Below, in pieces: positions 24,801 through 40,132 of a stretch of 64,000 nt of DNA. The notes under the pieces are model-generated. The model saw only the letters and a list, made by a program, of their open reading frames with translations, was not told where the DNA came from and made no database searches. Location of the stretch: assembly GCF_006345805.1 (NCBI RefSeq), contig NC_043005.1, positions 9,672,001-9,736,000 of the forward strand, written 5' to 3'. A program made the position numbers and the translations under genes. The stretch's first letter is position 1. The number at the start of each line of letters is the position of its first letter. This DNA is from Octopus sinensis (lineage: Eukaryota).

Positions 24801-25177
24801 AAGCACCCGAAAAATGATTGTCATGTGAGGGGAGTTGTTTTCAGTACACCTGAAGATGACTAAAATACCATACCTCCTAATTTAAGCACAAAGCCACCAG
24901 TTTTGAGGAGAGAATTTAGTCGATACTGTTAATCCTAGTATGAGGATTGTGCTTGTGTTTCTGTTTAGTTATTTTTTTCACTAGTCTGGAATAATGACGG
25001 CAATGTTAATTTCGTAGGATTTTTACAGTCCAAGTTCAAATCCTGCCGAAGTCAACTCTGCTTTTCATTCCTCCGACGTCGCAAAATACAATGCCTGCCA
25101 AGTATTGGGGTCGATAAAATCGACTAACCTCTTCTCTTTAAAATTTTTGCTCACGTGCATAAATCAGGAAATAAATG

Positions 25178-25232
<55 letters not shown>

Positions 25233-26360
25233 CAACAACAACAACAACTACAATAATAATAATAATATTGATGATGATGATGGTGATGATGTTGATGATG
25301 ATATAATGATGATGATGATGATGACGACGGCGACGATGGTGGTTGTGGTGGTGGTGGTGTCTAGAAATATTTCAGTATTTCCGGACGAATGTCAAAATAC
25401 ATGTAATTTTGTAATGGAAAGTAAATCCAGTGATATTAATGAAAGTAGACCGAGATGCCTGAACAGAACAAACACCAATTGCATATGGAATCTGAATGTG
25501 AAAAAAATCAATTAATTTTGTCTCACTTGCTTAATGGAAAACTGAAATCGGCTGCTATAATATGTAGTGTTATATGTCCATTAGAGGCAACTAGAATAGA
25601 CAAGAGCCTGGCCAAAAATATGCTTAAACAGAAGGTCACTTCAAATCATTGACATTTACAGATGGACAATAGGAGATTTTTCAGAAAGAGAAAGGAACTA
25701 CAAAAGTGAATCGAAAAATTAATTTGTTTGTAGTACAGCTAGGCACCAACTGCATGCAAGTATGGCAGAGTAACATGAAGTATGGCTTTGTTGATTGTCA
25801 TAGGCGTATATGTAGTCGAAAACAGGACACGACATTCCATCTTTGACTTCACCGCTGAAACAACGGTAAATCAAGAATCTTCTGCTTGTTGTTAGTTCTT
25901 TGCAACCATGCGTGAACGATGGTGAGGCTAAATAACATTTGGATGAAGATGTTCACATTGGCAGTTTAGTTGTGGCTAAGAGGCCATTATTGACGGAAAA
26001 TGTGCCAATAATGTTCAAAAAAGGATGGGTTTTTATCATTTTTCGTTGATAGATAAGCTTTTGTGCATCACAATGCATGCATAACACCTTTTGCACATTG
26101 CTGTATTTTTTGAGACCAAAAACATTAAAATTGGCAACGTAGATTAGAAGAAAATCCAAACAATGCCCGAAAATTACTTCAAAATCGTGCGACCCGTCCT
26201 CGATTTCGAGGTTATCTTTGTAGTAACAATGAGTTTTTGTGCAAGAAACATACTTCATTTGGTAGCCGAAAGATTACTGAATCTTTTGATATCTAATACG
26301 TCAAAATTGGCAACTCAGATTTCGAATCCATAAGGAACATAAGCACCGCACGCACACACA

Positions 26361-26396
<36 letters not shown>

Positions 26397-28225
26397 CTGT
26401 TTTATATATATAGAAAAAAGTGTGATTATACACAGGTATTCTGTCTATCTATAAAATTTCAACTCGCTCACACATGTACTACAATAAAAGGATGGCGATA
26501 AGAGAGAGCAAGCACTTGTTTCCAAATGTTTGATGGAACCATTTTAGGATAATTTTTATTGTTAGCGAAAATATGTTGTTTTTTAGTGAGGTGTGAAATA
26601 CATAGGTTTCGTATCTTTATGTTTTGCAATTTGTATATGTATGCGCTTGTCCAAGTCCATGGTTGTGTGTGTGTGTGTGTGTATGTATCTGTATGTGTGT
26701 CTGTATGCATGTGTGTGTGTGTGTGCGCGTGTATGCGAACGTGTGCACGAATTTTAAGCCCTCGAAGGTTATTTTTCTACACAGTTGAGAATCATGGACC
26801 AGTGGATCGGTTGTTACTGTATTGAAACTCACTGATGAATGGGGCACTGAAGTAGAAAGATGCCCTGAAAGAACAAAGAAATGCAAGGTAAAAACACTCT
26901 TGATGATGTTTAACTACTAAAGAAATATTGATGCAAATTTTGAAAGAATCTATTGTCTCCATGACTTGGATTCAAAATCTGGATTTCATTCAAATGTCGG
27001 TAGATTACTGTTAGTTACAAATGAAAGCAGTGTCACTCATAACGTAAATATCTAAAATAAAGATTTATTTAACTTTGCATTGGATACCAAGGAATGTGAT
27101 TTTTCTGGACTAATCATTTAACTGACCATGTTTCTGAAAAGCCAACGAAACATCAGACATCTGGGAATCCGAAATTTATTAAATTTATTATTATTATTCA
27201 GTATTGAGGTTAAGAAAATTTTTCTTTCTCCAGTTTACGAAGAGATGTTTCGATAACAGTTAGTATTGCAATATCAGTTGCCAAATGTGTGTGATCTTTG
27301 AGCAAATTGAAAGATATATTAACGAACTCGAATGAACAAAAGACTATTGGCTTTAGTCTTAATACGCATTGAACAAGAGGAAAATGTAAGTTGAAATTAT
27401 GATGGATGACGACATATTTACATTGTCAGGACTAAAAATAAATTAACTGTTTTAAGATGCCTTTCAAACCTCACCATTTAAATAGCCAAACAATTCGTTT
27501 CTGTTAGAAATTTAAAGGGCACTAAGTGACGATGATTAAAATAAGCCGTGCACATTTATATTTAACACGCTCGTGTACACTCGAACGTGAGAAGAATAAG
27601 CAGAAGAAATGTTACAGAAAATTAAAGGTATGAAAGAAACAAATTATACTGGAGACAGGGTCAGCCCTACACGCCAGACAAAGTAGGTGACCGCTATATA
27701 AAATCTGAACATTTACAAAATTGCTTGATCCAACTAACATTACGAAGACACCTGGTAGTAAAACTCGGAACAATGCTTGAGCAATAGAAGAAAATTGAAT
27801 CATCATCAGCTGGACTATTTAAACTATATTGTAAAGCTATAAATCAATAGCGATTGCACTTGAGTGTATTCAAGAAATAGTAGTATATAGGAGAGGTGGG
27901 TCGTAATGTAGGAATGACTTATTGCGCTAAATATCGTGGTATCGGGTCTAATTAGGAGTCAAAATTGAGACTAGCACGAGTGACGGTAAAACAGTTATTA
28001 TCCTAATACGCATAGTAGATTAAAAGTTATTATGTTGATTCATTGAAACCACTTTGATTTTTTTTTTGTTTTCCCAAAATCTGAATATTTTAAAAACAAG
28101 TGAAGAATGCATTGGATAAAATATATCTTAGTTACGGTCTAAGAACCAATAGAATGTCTTCGATCAGAGATTAGCTTAATAAGCACTGAGCGAAGGCATA
28201 ACAGTACGAACAACGCATTCATACA

Positions 28226-28551
28226 ATCATCATCATTGTTCGACCGTGGATGCCTGTATCCCTGGAGATTACACAGGGTAGGAGAGTGTGCGCCCTCTGC
28301 TATTGCGAGAAGAGTAGAATTACTTCTCTTTCAGCTCTACAACAATGTCCAGCAAACTGGACTCTCCTACCTTTCACAAGAGATGACACAGGTGGTAGTT
28401 TCCCATTTATTTGCATTTTGGTTGGATGGCGCTTCCACGAGAGATTTTGAGCTCTCATAAGGAGGCGAGTGTATGTTCCATCCAACCGCCTCTCAAGCTT
28501 CTTTGATAACGTCCAGGTTTCTGAGCCATATAGTAGAATTGGTTCATACAA
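28226..28551 (-). mobile_element. RTE-clade LINE 3' fragment
   Basis: EPILLYGSETWTLSKKLERRLDGTYTRLLMRAQNLSWKRHPT......LPPVSSLVKGRRVQFAGHC; (GAT)n tail; internal deletions relative to the 16068 copy. Confidence 0.9.
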
Positions 28552-29049
28552 ACCACTTTAGCAAATAATGAGCTTTCTTATTGGACAAGTTGCTTAATCT
28601 TTTTGACTGCTTAGAATGATATCCGTAGTTTGAAACGGAGATGAATAATATTTTTACCCACTGACTAAATAACAGGTTTTTCCAAACCAGTAAATAGATC
28701 GATTTCAAATCCCAGTGTGACAGTTTAGCCTGCGTATACATAATTCATTGAAAAATTTCGTTGCAAATAAATATAACCAAACGGAAGGCGTAGAAGTATG
28801 TATACGAGGTGTGGATTGCTGAAGTGGCTAGCTTCTTGAACAAAGAAGCAATAATACAGCGTATGTAGAAATGAAATCCTTACAGAGAGAAAATGCAAGT
28901 GGAAGAAAATTTCATTAAGAAATGTTCAATTCAGTGCGATTGCTTGACAATCTTTTGATTATTCTCTACGCATAAAGTTCTCAAATATGATTATCGTATT
29001 CTGAAAACAAACTAAAAATTAAATAGTTTCGCTATATAGTTACAGTAAA

Positions 29050-29256
29050 ATAGCGCGCGTGCGTGTATATATATATATATACACACACATATATATACAT
29101 ACATATATATATATACATACATATATATATATATACATATATATATATACACACATATATATATATATATACTACATATATATACATATATATATATATA
29201 CATACATACATACATATATATATACACATATATATATATATATATATATAACATAC

Positions 29257-29291
<35 letters not shown>

Positions 29292-29306
29292 CATACATAC
29301 ATACAT

Positions 29307-29373
<67 letters not shown>

Positions 29374-29626
29374 CGTGTTATAGGCTGTGGGTGTGTATAT
29401 GCGTCTCTGAATATATATTCATATTTCCAAAACGTGTTTATATGTATTCTACGTAATATGCGCATACGCGAGTGAGCGTGTGTGTATGTGCGATATACAC
29501 ACACACACACACATGCACACGCGCGCGCGCAAATATATATCACACCCATATATCATATGGGTGTATATATTTAATATATAACTTGAGAGACACAGACGAA
29601 TATGACGTGCACTTATGTCTATGCAC

Positions 29627-29657
<31 letters not shown>

Positions 29658-29844
29658 CGTGTGTGAGTGTGTGTGTGTGAGTGTGTGTGTGTGTGTATGC
29701 ATTATATACCTGTGCATATTCTTGTAAGTATGGTAGTAACTATATACTGACATACATACAAGTATATATGTGAGTATGTCAGTGTATTTGTGTGCGTTCG
29801 AACGAATGTACACACGCTCACCAAAACAGTTAAAAAGAAACAGA

Positions 29845-29900
<56 letters not shown>
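29050..29900. repeat. (TA)n/(CA)n/(TG)n/(TAA)n microsatellite block
   Basis: Read directly. Confidence 0.95.
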
Positions 29901-29920
<20 letters not shown>

Positions 29921-31195
29921 TATCAAAATCTTAAGAAAATCGAAACCAAAGTGCAATGAAGAAAATAATACTTTAAAAGAAACGTAAAATACTCCATAAA
30001 TGTTGTGATTTTAGGGTTTCATCTTTCATTTTCTGACACTTTCAATCAATATCATACTAAGAACATTTCCTCATTTTCCAAGCTCATGCACTACCGCCCT
30101 CTCCAGCTTCCTTTCTCTTTCAATTTCTCCCCCTCTCTCTCTCTATCTATCTATCTATCTATCTTTCCCTGTCTTACTTTCACTTTCACCCCTCTCCCTC
30201 TCTCTCTCTCTCTCTCTCATATAATTTTATTCTTTATTTTCTGCGTCTTTAACCTTACGTTTCCTTTTTTCCCCTTCGTATAAGTTGTTTTCCTCTTAGC
30301 TTTTTGAAGCTCTCTGATAGATTATTAACACTTCTTTAATTTCACTATTCATACAGGTTTTAAAGTATCAGCTCCCCAATCTGTGTCACTCTTTTTCCTC
30401 TCCCGTCTCTGTTTTTGCCTTCCTCTCTCTTTCACACCTCCTCTCTCTTCCTCCTATCATTCTATTTCTATTCATAAATCTATCTATCTATATTTCGATT
30501 TCTCTCAACCTTTATAGTTTTTCTCCTATATTTTTTTTTACTTTCACTTTCTATTAATTTTTTTCTCCTTACCCCTCTGTTGCTAACTTCCTATTTATCC
30601 CCTTCTCACTAAATTTCTTTAAAGTATTTCTTTCGTTCTTTCTGTCTTTCCGTCACTATTTTTCTGCTGCTGTCGTTTCTATTTATTTCTCCACTTTAAC
30701 CAAATATATCTTAAATTCTTACAAAACTAAATAGACCAGAATAGAAACTTTGATTGTCTTTCTTCTCATTCTTCTTCTCATATGCAAAAGATATAAAAAT
30801 CCAATTAAGTAGATCTTTTGATGTGGAGATCAAAACAGTTAGCATTGGCATGCAGAGTTTGGCAGCAAACTCGCCGATAAAACACCTTAGACTTGACAGT
30901 GGTGAAACTCCAATATCATAATCACAGAATGGCTTTCCATACTGGCTCTGCAATAAGAAACGTTACTAATCTGGCACGTTTCCCGCGCAACTGAAAGACT
31001 GATGGATCATTCGTTATCGACTAAATTTATACATTCTCACGCAATGTCTATTTCAGCTCCGCCATTGAAACAAATTCCAAGCGAACAAACGTAAACAAAA
31101 CAAAGCAACTGATTCAATACGACATACATATACATATATATTCATATACAAACACACACACACGCATATATATATATATATATATATATATAACT

Positions 31196-31228
<33 letters not shown>

Positions 31229-31440
31229 TATATATATATATTCAGATGCATTTGAGGATATATATATATAAATATGTGTGTGAGTGTGCATGTGCGCGCG
31301 TGTACATATATCCGTACATCATACCACAATCGATCAATCAACATACCCATCTGTCAATGTATACATGTATGCATACACACTTATTTATATATATATATAT
31401 ATATATATACTTATATATATATATGTATATGTATATATTT

Positions 31441-31491
<51 letters not shown>

Positions 31492-31518
31492 GTATGTATA
31501 TATATATATACATATATG

Positions 31519-31552
<34 letters not shown>

Positions 31553-32079
31553 CGGGTATATATGCATATGCTTACATACATATATATGGGTGTATGTGTG
31601 AGTGTATGCATAAATATATCTTTTTGTGGGTTTAATATTGGTTTGTTTTTCGAATTTCAAACTACACTCACACAGACACATACACACGACTCAACACACT
31701 CCACATACGTGTGTGTTTGTGTGCGTGTCTGTGTGTGTGCATGTATGTTTCTTACCAGTATGCGTATATATGTGGATGCGTGTTCCGGTTTTCTGCCCTG
31801 ACTTTCTCACAGATCGAAAGAGATCCGATTTCTAACCCAGAAACAATTGTATTTCAATGGAACTCAAACAGCATGAATGGAGTATGTGTCATGTAGGCCA
31901 ACCAGCACATATGTACGAACGTATGTATGAATACTTCTATGCATGTGTGTCAGCAAAGATAACATTACATATCTGGATCTAAGTGCTTTTATTTGTGTAT
32001 CTGTAAGTGTATTTAAGATTGCATATCTGCAACTGCGAATGTGGATTTTACATGATAAAACATCGCGTATATTCTACAT

Positions 32080-32696
32080 CAGTGGTTCCCAAACTTTTGG
32101 GGGCTTCTGCCCCCTTGGCACCCGGACCACATTCCTTGCGTCCCCACCCCACTTACCACCACAAACACAGACCACTTTCTGCATCAAATTCAAAACAACT
32201 GTATTTCATAATTCCTTTTTCGATTTGGTTTGCAAGGTTCTTTATATGAGTTCGTGTGTTGAAGCATATTCTGTTGCGTCTGAGGAGAGCCATTTTCTTT
32301 TTGTGCCCTATAATGCAACACACTCACCGGTAAAATTTCCACTTATTTCTTATTTTTATTTTCCTAAAATTTTCGTTGCGTCTTGCAACCTTTTCAATAG
32401 TCAAGACTATTGAAAAGGTTGCAAGACGCAACGAAAATTTAGGAAACTAAAAACTTTAAAAAATTTTTTTTAATGAGAAATAAGTGGAAATTTTACCGGT
32501 GAGTGTGTTACATTATAAGGCACAAAAAGAAAATTACTCACCCCAGACACAACAGAATATGTATTTCATAAATAAAACCTAAATTAACTAATGCTTTATT
32601 TTGTTGCTCTTACATTCACCCTCGTTTTCTTCGGCGCCTCCATGGCTCTTTCCATTGCCCCCACAGAGGCGCTGCCGCCCACTTCGGGAACCACTG
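32080..32696. mobile_element. Non-autonomous hAT (Charlie-like) DNA transposon with internal palindrome
   Basis: Termini CAGTGGTTCCCAAA / TTCGGGAACCACTG (13 of 14 match); 8-bp flanks TTCTACAT and TTTTATAT (2 mismatches). Confidence 0.8.
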
Positions 32697-33103
32697 TTTT
32701 ATATATGTTTCAAAACTATAAGCTTTCTCTGCCCCAGAGTTGTAATTTTTTGATTAGACGTGAATCCCAGCTTTTCATGTTTGATAGTGAGTCTAATACG
32801 TATTCAAACAGCCCTGTTCTTATATATATATTGTTATTAATTTTTGCCTTGAAGAGTTCGGTTAAACGAAAGAAAGCGCTAATAAAGAATTATCCCAAAT
32901 TCTGACTGCCTCTTTTTTCTCTATATACAATATCTGAACACCACTGCAAACACACTCTCCACACACATACATACACACACAGACACGCACGAGCGCACTC
33001 AAACATACACTGGAATATATAGTTACATATATATCATATATTTATATATGTATATATATGTATAAATATATATATGTACATATATGTATATATGTATATA
33101 TGT

Positions 33104-33149
<46 letters not shown>

Positions 33150-33201
33150 GTGTGTGGTATACATGCATATATATGTATATGTATATATATATATATGTAT
33201 G

Positions 33202-33238
<37 letters not shown>

Positions 33239-33253
33239 ATACATACATATATA

Positions 33254-33285
<32 letters not shown>

Positions 33286-34659
33286 AAGATTTTCTGATAA
33301 CCATTTTATTCATTTATAGTAATTTTGTCATTAATGTCTTCCGTACTTTTTTTTTTTTTTTGTCTTCATTGTAACTCAGCGTTCGTATATCAAAAAGTCA
33401 AGAAGGTATATTAAAGTCGATATATATTTCGCAACTAACCTTTTTCCCCTGAAGTAGCCCAAATTCTGAATTATCTTCAATAAACTGTTGGCATATTTGT
33501 AGCTTATTTACTATTAAATACAATAATATGAAATATTTACATCTTTTGGGACTACTGAAATAAATTTGTCGCGATATTTTGGTGATTAGTGTTAAATAAA
33601 ATCCATCATAATATTTCTTCATCGTTTATATACACACTTTTTTTTGTTTTTTTCCATTCTTGCTCTTTCACTAATCTTCATCATTATGTTCACATCTGCT
33701 TGGCAACAGATTTCTTGTTCTGCTCTTAGTTCCGCGCCTCTGCCTCAGATTATATTATCTCAGCTGATATCTATGCATGATATAATGCCTCGATAGAAAC
33801 CCTCCACCAATACGCTTTCACTTTACGAGCGATTATTCCACAATTCTACAATTTCTTTTATTTGTATCCTTATATGAATCGCATCATTACCCGTAAATAG
33901 CACCAAGAGCCCATTCGCAACTGATGTACATGATAGAATCTGCCGTATACGAGATAGAAATAACAGCAACGCCACTTGATAACCGAAAAGAATTATATCA
34001 AAAGGCGCTGTGCTAAACATCTATCTTCTCTTCGGCACATGGACAAAAGTAAAACACTAAGTTGACCAGTCCTGTATGGGGCTTGGATATCCATGCCATG
34101 TGTTAATGAATCTAAAAATGCAAGTTATACGTAGTTGATAGATCGCATGTCTTTCTTAGATCTAAGAATTCCGCTGCACTACTGAATTCCAGATCTGAAA
34201 TTTCCAGCAAATGCATATATATGCACAAGTTTTCTTTGGCGAATTAGAGAATATCGGTTTCTCCGAAGTGAACAGCTGTATCAGTGATTTTAGACCCCTC
34301 TTGTTGATTCTTCATAAACCAGCAAAGGAAACATAACTCTAATTCTTTTTTTCTCCTTTCCTTTTTCATTTCTTTTACACTTCCACATTTTGTACATACA
34401 CCTTCTCGTTTTTTTTTTCTCTCGTGATATATCTTGTTCTGTTGTCCTGATTTGTAACTCGTGTAAGTCATGTGCGCAGAACCAGAGATTACTAGGAGAT
34501 ACTAGGCACATTATTAAAACTTGCCTAGAAAATATCTCCAATCTATGAAAGTATAAGAAACTCATAATTATACACTGTGTACATTAAACAATATTACCTC
34601 TCATCGGTTGGAGGACTTCTTTTGTTGGTCTTACCCGTTAGCGGGAAAGCAAACCGTGC

Positions 34660-34724
<65 letters not shown>

Positions 34725-34786
34725 GTATTATATATATTATATATATATATATATTATATATATATATAATATATATATATATTATG

Positions 34787-34892
34787 TAGAGGGCACTATT
34801 ACACATAGATACCACACGCTAGGAGGGACTCTTAAAGTCAAAACTAAGAGTCCCTCCTAGCGTGTGGCATCTATGTGTAATAGTGCCCTCTA
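34787..34892. repeat. Fold-back inverted repeat, 48-bp arms, 10-nt spacer, abutting (TA)n
   Basis: Arms 34787-34834 and 34845-34892 with one mismatch. Confidence 0.95.
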
Positions 34893-34981
34893 TTACACAT
34901 TGATGCTTTTTTTCTCTTATGAGGTTTTCAAGCTAACTACTTGATAAATTCTTATGAAGATTTTATCCTATTTTTAAATTG

Positions 34982-35040
<59 letters not shown>

Positions 35041-37690
35041 GGTATGTATATGGTATTGTTCCGCAATAATTTTGGACAGTATAGATATTTAATTCGCTAC
35101 AACTGTCTCTGGAAGATTACTATTTTGAATTGGTTCAATCTCAAAAGCTCGTGAGGAAGAAAGATGTATACAAAAGATTTGGAATTGAAATTGAGTGACA
35201 GAATCGGTGTAAAAATGCAATCTCACTGTGAATTACGAAAATGATATGCGTGTCTGTTGAAAACTCAGTGTCACAGTTCACATACATTAATGCAATAACA
35301 TACGAGGAATATTGCGTAATTCACAATATATTATATAAATTTTCTACTTTGTATGAGAATACACATTTAGCATTGGTCTGCAAAAATATAAGGTTTCTAG
35401 ATTTTAAAGAAGAGATATGAGTTGAACTATTGAATTTGCATTGGATCATCTACCTATCTACGAATCTATCCATTATTATTGAATTTAGATATTAAGCCAA
35501 TGTGAAGCAGCGAAGTGGTAAAATCGTAAGAGAATGAGAAAATGTAATGCGATATTTGTTGAAACCGCTGGCAATCAGTTTTCTTTTAATGCATTCGTGG
35601 TCGATAAAATATAGTAGCACTCCAGTAATTGTGTCAATGGTATCAACTAGTCCCCTCAGAGCTACTGGTGTAGTGCCTAAATTATAAGGCATTATTTCAA
35701 AGTAAGTTTCACAGTTTGACTTCACTCCGCGAGTAGACTCAAATTTATTGAAAAGTTAGAGCTTACTGGTTCTTTACTACATATATATGTGTTTATAGGT
35801 GGATGAGTAAGAAAGTGGAAATTATCAATGCGCATGTAAGGACGTTTATGTATATTAACTAAATAACTAAAAATATGAAAACTACAAATAATTTTTTAAA
35901 AAAGAAAGCGAAAGATCTAATTTTTCTCCGATTAATATACCTTACATCATCAGCTTCAAAGAATGGAGTTATGACGTTTACATCCATGTAGATGTAGGAA
36001 AGATTTCAAAATTTTCATTCGTTGAATATTTTTACGCCTATTAAAACGAGGATGTTTTTTTAATAATTTACATTACAAATTCGAGCGACATGAGACATAG
36101 AGTTGGTGAAGCTTATGCTATAATAAGCCATTTACGACCAAATGCAGTCATGCTTGTTTCTTTTTAAAATTATGTGTACTTGAAAATGCTTGTCAGAAAC
36201 ATTTTACCCTCTTGCTTGAATTGAAATGCTGATAAAAATTTATAGTTAATCAGTTAGAAAAAAACACTTTAGAATAAACTGCTGTCTAGTTATACATAAA
36301 GCAATAAACAAAAGCTTTCAGAACATAACTACCATTGAGAGCAAATTTGCTTAGTGTTTACAATTACAGATAAGCGAAGGAACTGTTACTGATTTGGAAA
36401 CTTCTCTGATTTTAAATGATTAAATGAGCAAGCAATTTTTACAGCAAAAATAGTTACATTCAGTGATTCATGATATCCTTGATTCATCGAGAAACACAAA
36501 TTAATTGAATTCTTTAGCAATATTTCTTCAGAAATTTAAACTGAAATTTGTATCATATCAATTTTTTTAAAAAACATATTTAAACATTCTTTAGTATATT
36601 TTTACACTTTGCAAACACTAAGACGGAGAGTGTATATAGTATTCTGTTTGAAAAGTCAATATTGCGAAGCCCTTCATTATGTGATATTTGAAACCCCAAG
36701 GAACAAACACGTGTTAAGGAAGAGGAAAGATTTTTATGAAACAAAAAATTTTTAAGAAATACCATGGGTATGACTGGGGTTCGTTCTATATAAATTAGTT
36801 TTGCTTTAATTTGTGATGGGGCAAAATGTACTGGTGTTTCGCTATAAGATGATAATAAAGTATAAATTGCAATTATTTTGATATTAATTGTATATCGTAA
36901 ACCAATTTTGCGTTACGAGAGTATTTCTAAATTTAAACTAACATTTCTATAACTTTTATACATCTGTGTAATTCATGCGATTCAGTTTTACATGTTGTTT
37001 CAGTCCTCCTCATAAGGTAGGAAATCTCAAGATGATTTCCCTTTATTCATCTTTATCGTATGTCTCTATGGAAACGTTCAAACAAGACTGAGAATGAATA
37101 TTGTGCTAGTTGCATAATTTTATTAATATCAGATTACTGATAAATATATGTGTGTTGCAAATTCTATGACTTTAAAAATAGATTTAATTATATTCCATAA
37201 CGTCAAACTGAATCAATTCACAATGTCTTTTTGTTGTTAATGGCGTTAATGTCATTCTGTTCTTTCGAAAGAATCGTTTCATTAATCGCGAAATATTTGT
37301 TTTCGTGGTATTCCAAATATAGAAGGATATAATTGATGCTGTGGCCGCTTAGTTCAATTTCGGTTTCTGGAGCTTAAATGAGTTTTAGGTCAGTGTTGAA
37401 ATTTCTTTCATGGCTTTAAATATATATTTGGTATTTACATTCAACCTAACAGATGATCTCCAGAATTTTCACAATTAAATCTTTCTCCTCTGTTTTGTCT
37501 CCAAGAGAATCTTCCACTTTTGAGAATTATTCTTGACATTTGTAAGCTATTTCCCTTCAATTTATAGATTTTATTAAACATACACATCTATATATGCTAT
37601 TCTTACATGCATACATAAATACATATATACATGCATATATATATATATATGTAGAGAGAGAGAGAGACATTCACACGAACACACACAATT

Positions 37691-37722
<32 letters not shown>

Positions 37723-38239
37723 TATATATATATATTATATATATATATACATATATATAGACATGTGTGTGTGTGTGCGAGTGTATGTGTGAAAAAGAGA
37801 AAGAAAATCGAATTCACGAGAATCGTTACCGATTCCAATTTTTGTCAAAATGCCAGCAGTTTTGGGTTGGGGGATAAATCAACTACATCGACTGCAGTAT
37901 ACATCTCGTACATATTCTGTCGGCCCCGAAAGGATGAAAGGCAAGAAAACGACCGCGGTGGAATTTGGAAGGTTTAGAGGGTCCAAATGTTATCAAGTAT
38001 TTTTCCCGGTGTCCTAACGATTCTGCCAGCTTCACCTTAAACGAAATCCTTTATTAATCACTACGATCGCTTCGATCCGTCGTGTATCACTCCATCGCGG
38101 GTGAGATGCTGTACAAACTTGTGGAGTGCATCATTTCGTGCACATGTGCCTCCTCCAGGGAGGGACCTCGTATCTTAATCTCCGTTTCGCTTATTTCGAT
38201 CGTAATACGTTCTGGTAGTTGTCTGTTGCTAATTATTAT

Positions 38240-38279
<40 letters not shown>

Positions 38280-38290
38280 TATTATATATA

Positions 38291-38514
38291 TACTCTCTTA
38301 CTCTCTTACGTGTTTCAGTCATTTGACTGTGACCATGCTGGAGCACCGCCTTTTAGTCGAGCGAACCGACTCCAGGACTTATTCTTTGTAAGCCTAGTAC
38401 TTATTCTATCGGTCTCTATTGCCGAACCGCTAAGTTACGGGCACGTAAACACACCAGCATCGGTTGTCAAGCGATGTTGGGGGGACAAACAAAGACACAA
38501 ACATATACACACAC

Positions 38515-38565
<51 letters not shown>

Positions 38566-38567
38566 AT

Positions 38568-38600
<33 letters not shown>

Positions 38601-38672
38601 ATATAATATATATGTATATATGCATATGTATATATATATATATTATATATATATAATATATATATTATATAT

Positions 38673-38716
<44 letters not shown>

Positions 38717-38888
38717 ACTTCTTTCAGTCATTTTGACTGTGGCCATCCTGGAGCACCGCCATTTAGTCGATGTAATCGGCCCCCTGGACTTATTCTTAGA
38801 AAGACTGGTACTTATTTTAACAGTCCATTTAACCGGACTGCTAAGTTACGGGGTCGTAAACATAACAACTTCGGTTGTTAAGCGATGA

Positions 38889-38937
<49 letters not shown>

Positions 38938-39010
38938 GACGGGCCTCTTTCAGTTTCCGTCTCGCAAATCCACTCACAAGATATATGCACAAGACGCAAC
39001 GCAGTAGAAC
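38291..39010 (-). mobile_element. Two partial SINE family B copies separated by (TA)n
   Basis: CAGTCATTTGACTG..GGAGCACCGCC..GTAAACACACCAGCATCGGTTGTCAAG at about 38310 and again, decayed, at about 38720. Confidence 0.85.
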
Positions 39011-39389
39011 TGTACCCGATATATACACACATATCTATATATATATAAATGTCCGGTCATACAATGACCAATACTTTCGCATCCGCGAAGGCCTTAGTCT
39101 CGCTGACGTCTCGGCAGGCTCTAAAGCCAGAGACAAATGTAATTCTTCACCTCTGGTCAACAAAGAATAGAAATTTCGGGGTCAGTGAGGACAGGTTTTC
39201 TGCCTTAGACCAGCTTTTTGCGGGCGAAAGGTGAGGGCACAATAGATTTATCCCTTGGGTTGCCCATGAATCGTAAGGACCCTTCTGGTCTTAATCAGAG
39301 AACGGAGAATATGCATGTGTATATACGCGCGCACACACACACGCACTCACACGTACACACACATATATATATATAGGGTTAAATAGATA

Positions 39390-39602
39390 GATGCTTATAT
39401 ATGTATGTATGTATGTATACATGCATGTATGTATGTGTGTATACATGTATGCATGTATGTATGCATACATGCATGTATGTATGTACGTATGTATGTATGT
39501 AAGTATGTATTATGTATGTATGTATGTATATATGTATGTATATATATATATATGTATGTATGTATGTATGTATATATGTATGTATGTATATGTATGTATG
39601 TA

Positions 39603-39638
<36 letters not shown>

Positions 39639-39678
39639 TGCATGTATGTATGTATGTATGTATGTATATGTATGTATG

Positions 39679-39714
<36 letters not shown>

Positions 39715-39755
39715 TGTATGTATGCATGCATGTATGTATGTATGTATGTATGAGA
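39390..39755. repeat. (TATG)n microsatellite
   Basis: Read directly. Confidence 0.95.
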
Positions 39756-40132
39756 GTGCGAAATTTATTAGGTTTGTATATTGAAAGAGTTTGTTTCATA
39801 ACTACATGATCCGGCGCTGGATCATACAGCTTGGTCTCATAAATCTATTTTTGTATATCTTCGAGTCGAACATAACTTGTGAGTGAAATTGGTTTAATGG
39901 GAACTGTACAGAAGACTGACGGATGCAGTCTAGTAGCAATACATCCGTATTCGTCGTCGTCAATGCATTATCACACAACGTATCATACTAGTTTTGCCTG
40001 AGAACTGCAGTAAGATTAACACAAGCGTGTGAAATGCTCAGCCTCTTAGAAGCTATATATGTGAGAGAATAATCTAGTTAATCAAACGATTGAACCCTCG
40101 TCGTCGAATGCAACGGGGCACCATCCATGCAT

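Noticed and set aside
25330-26330. Complex sequence with short ORFs, possibly a decayed transposase or exon
   Set aside because: Stops in all frames and no recognisable motif.
26830-26880. CTGATGA..GGGCA/TGCCC..GAAA hammerhead-like string
   Set aside because: No stem III, UH site or stem I partner.
33650-34150. Possible L1-type endonuclease remnant on minus strand (LGAIYG..IGGGF)
   Set aside because: Too weak to call by eye.
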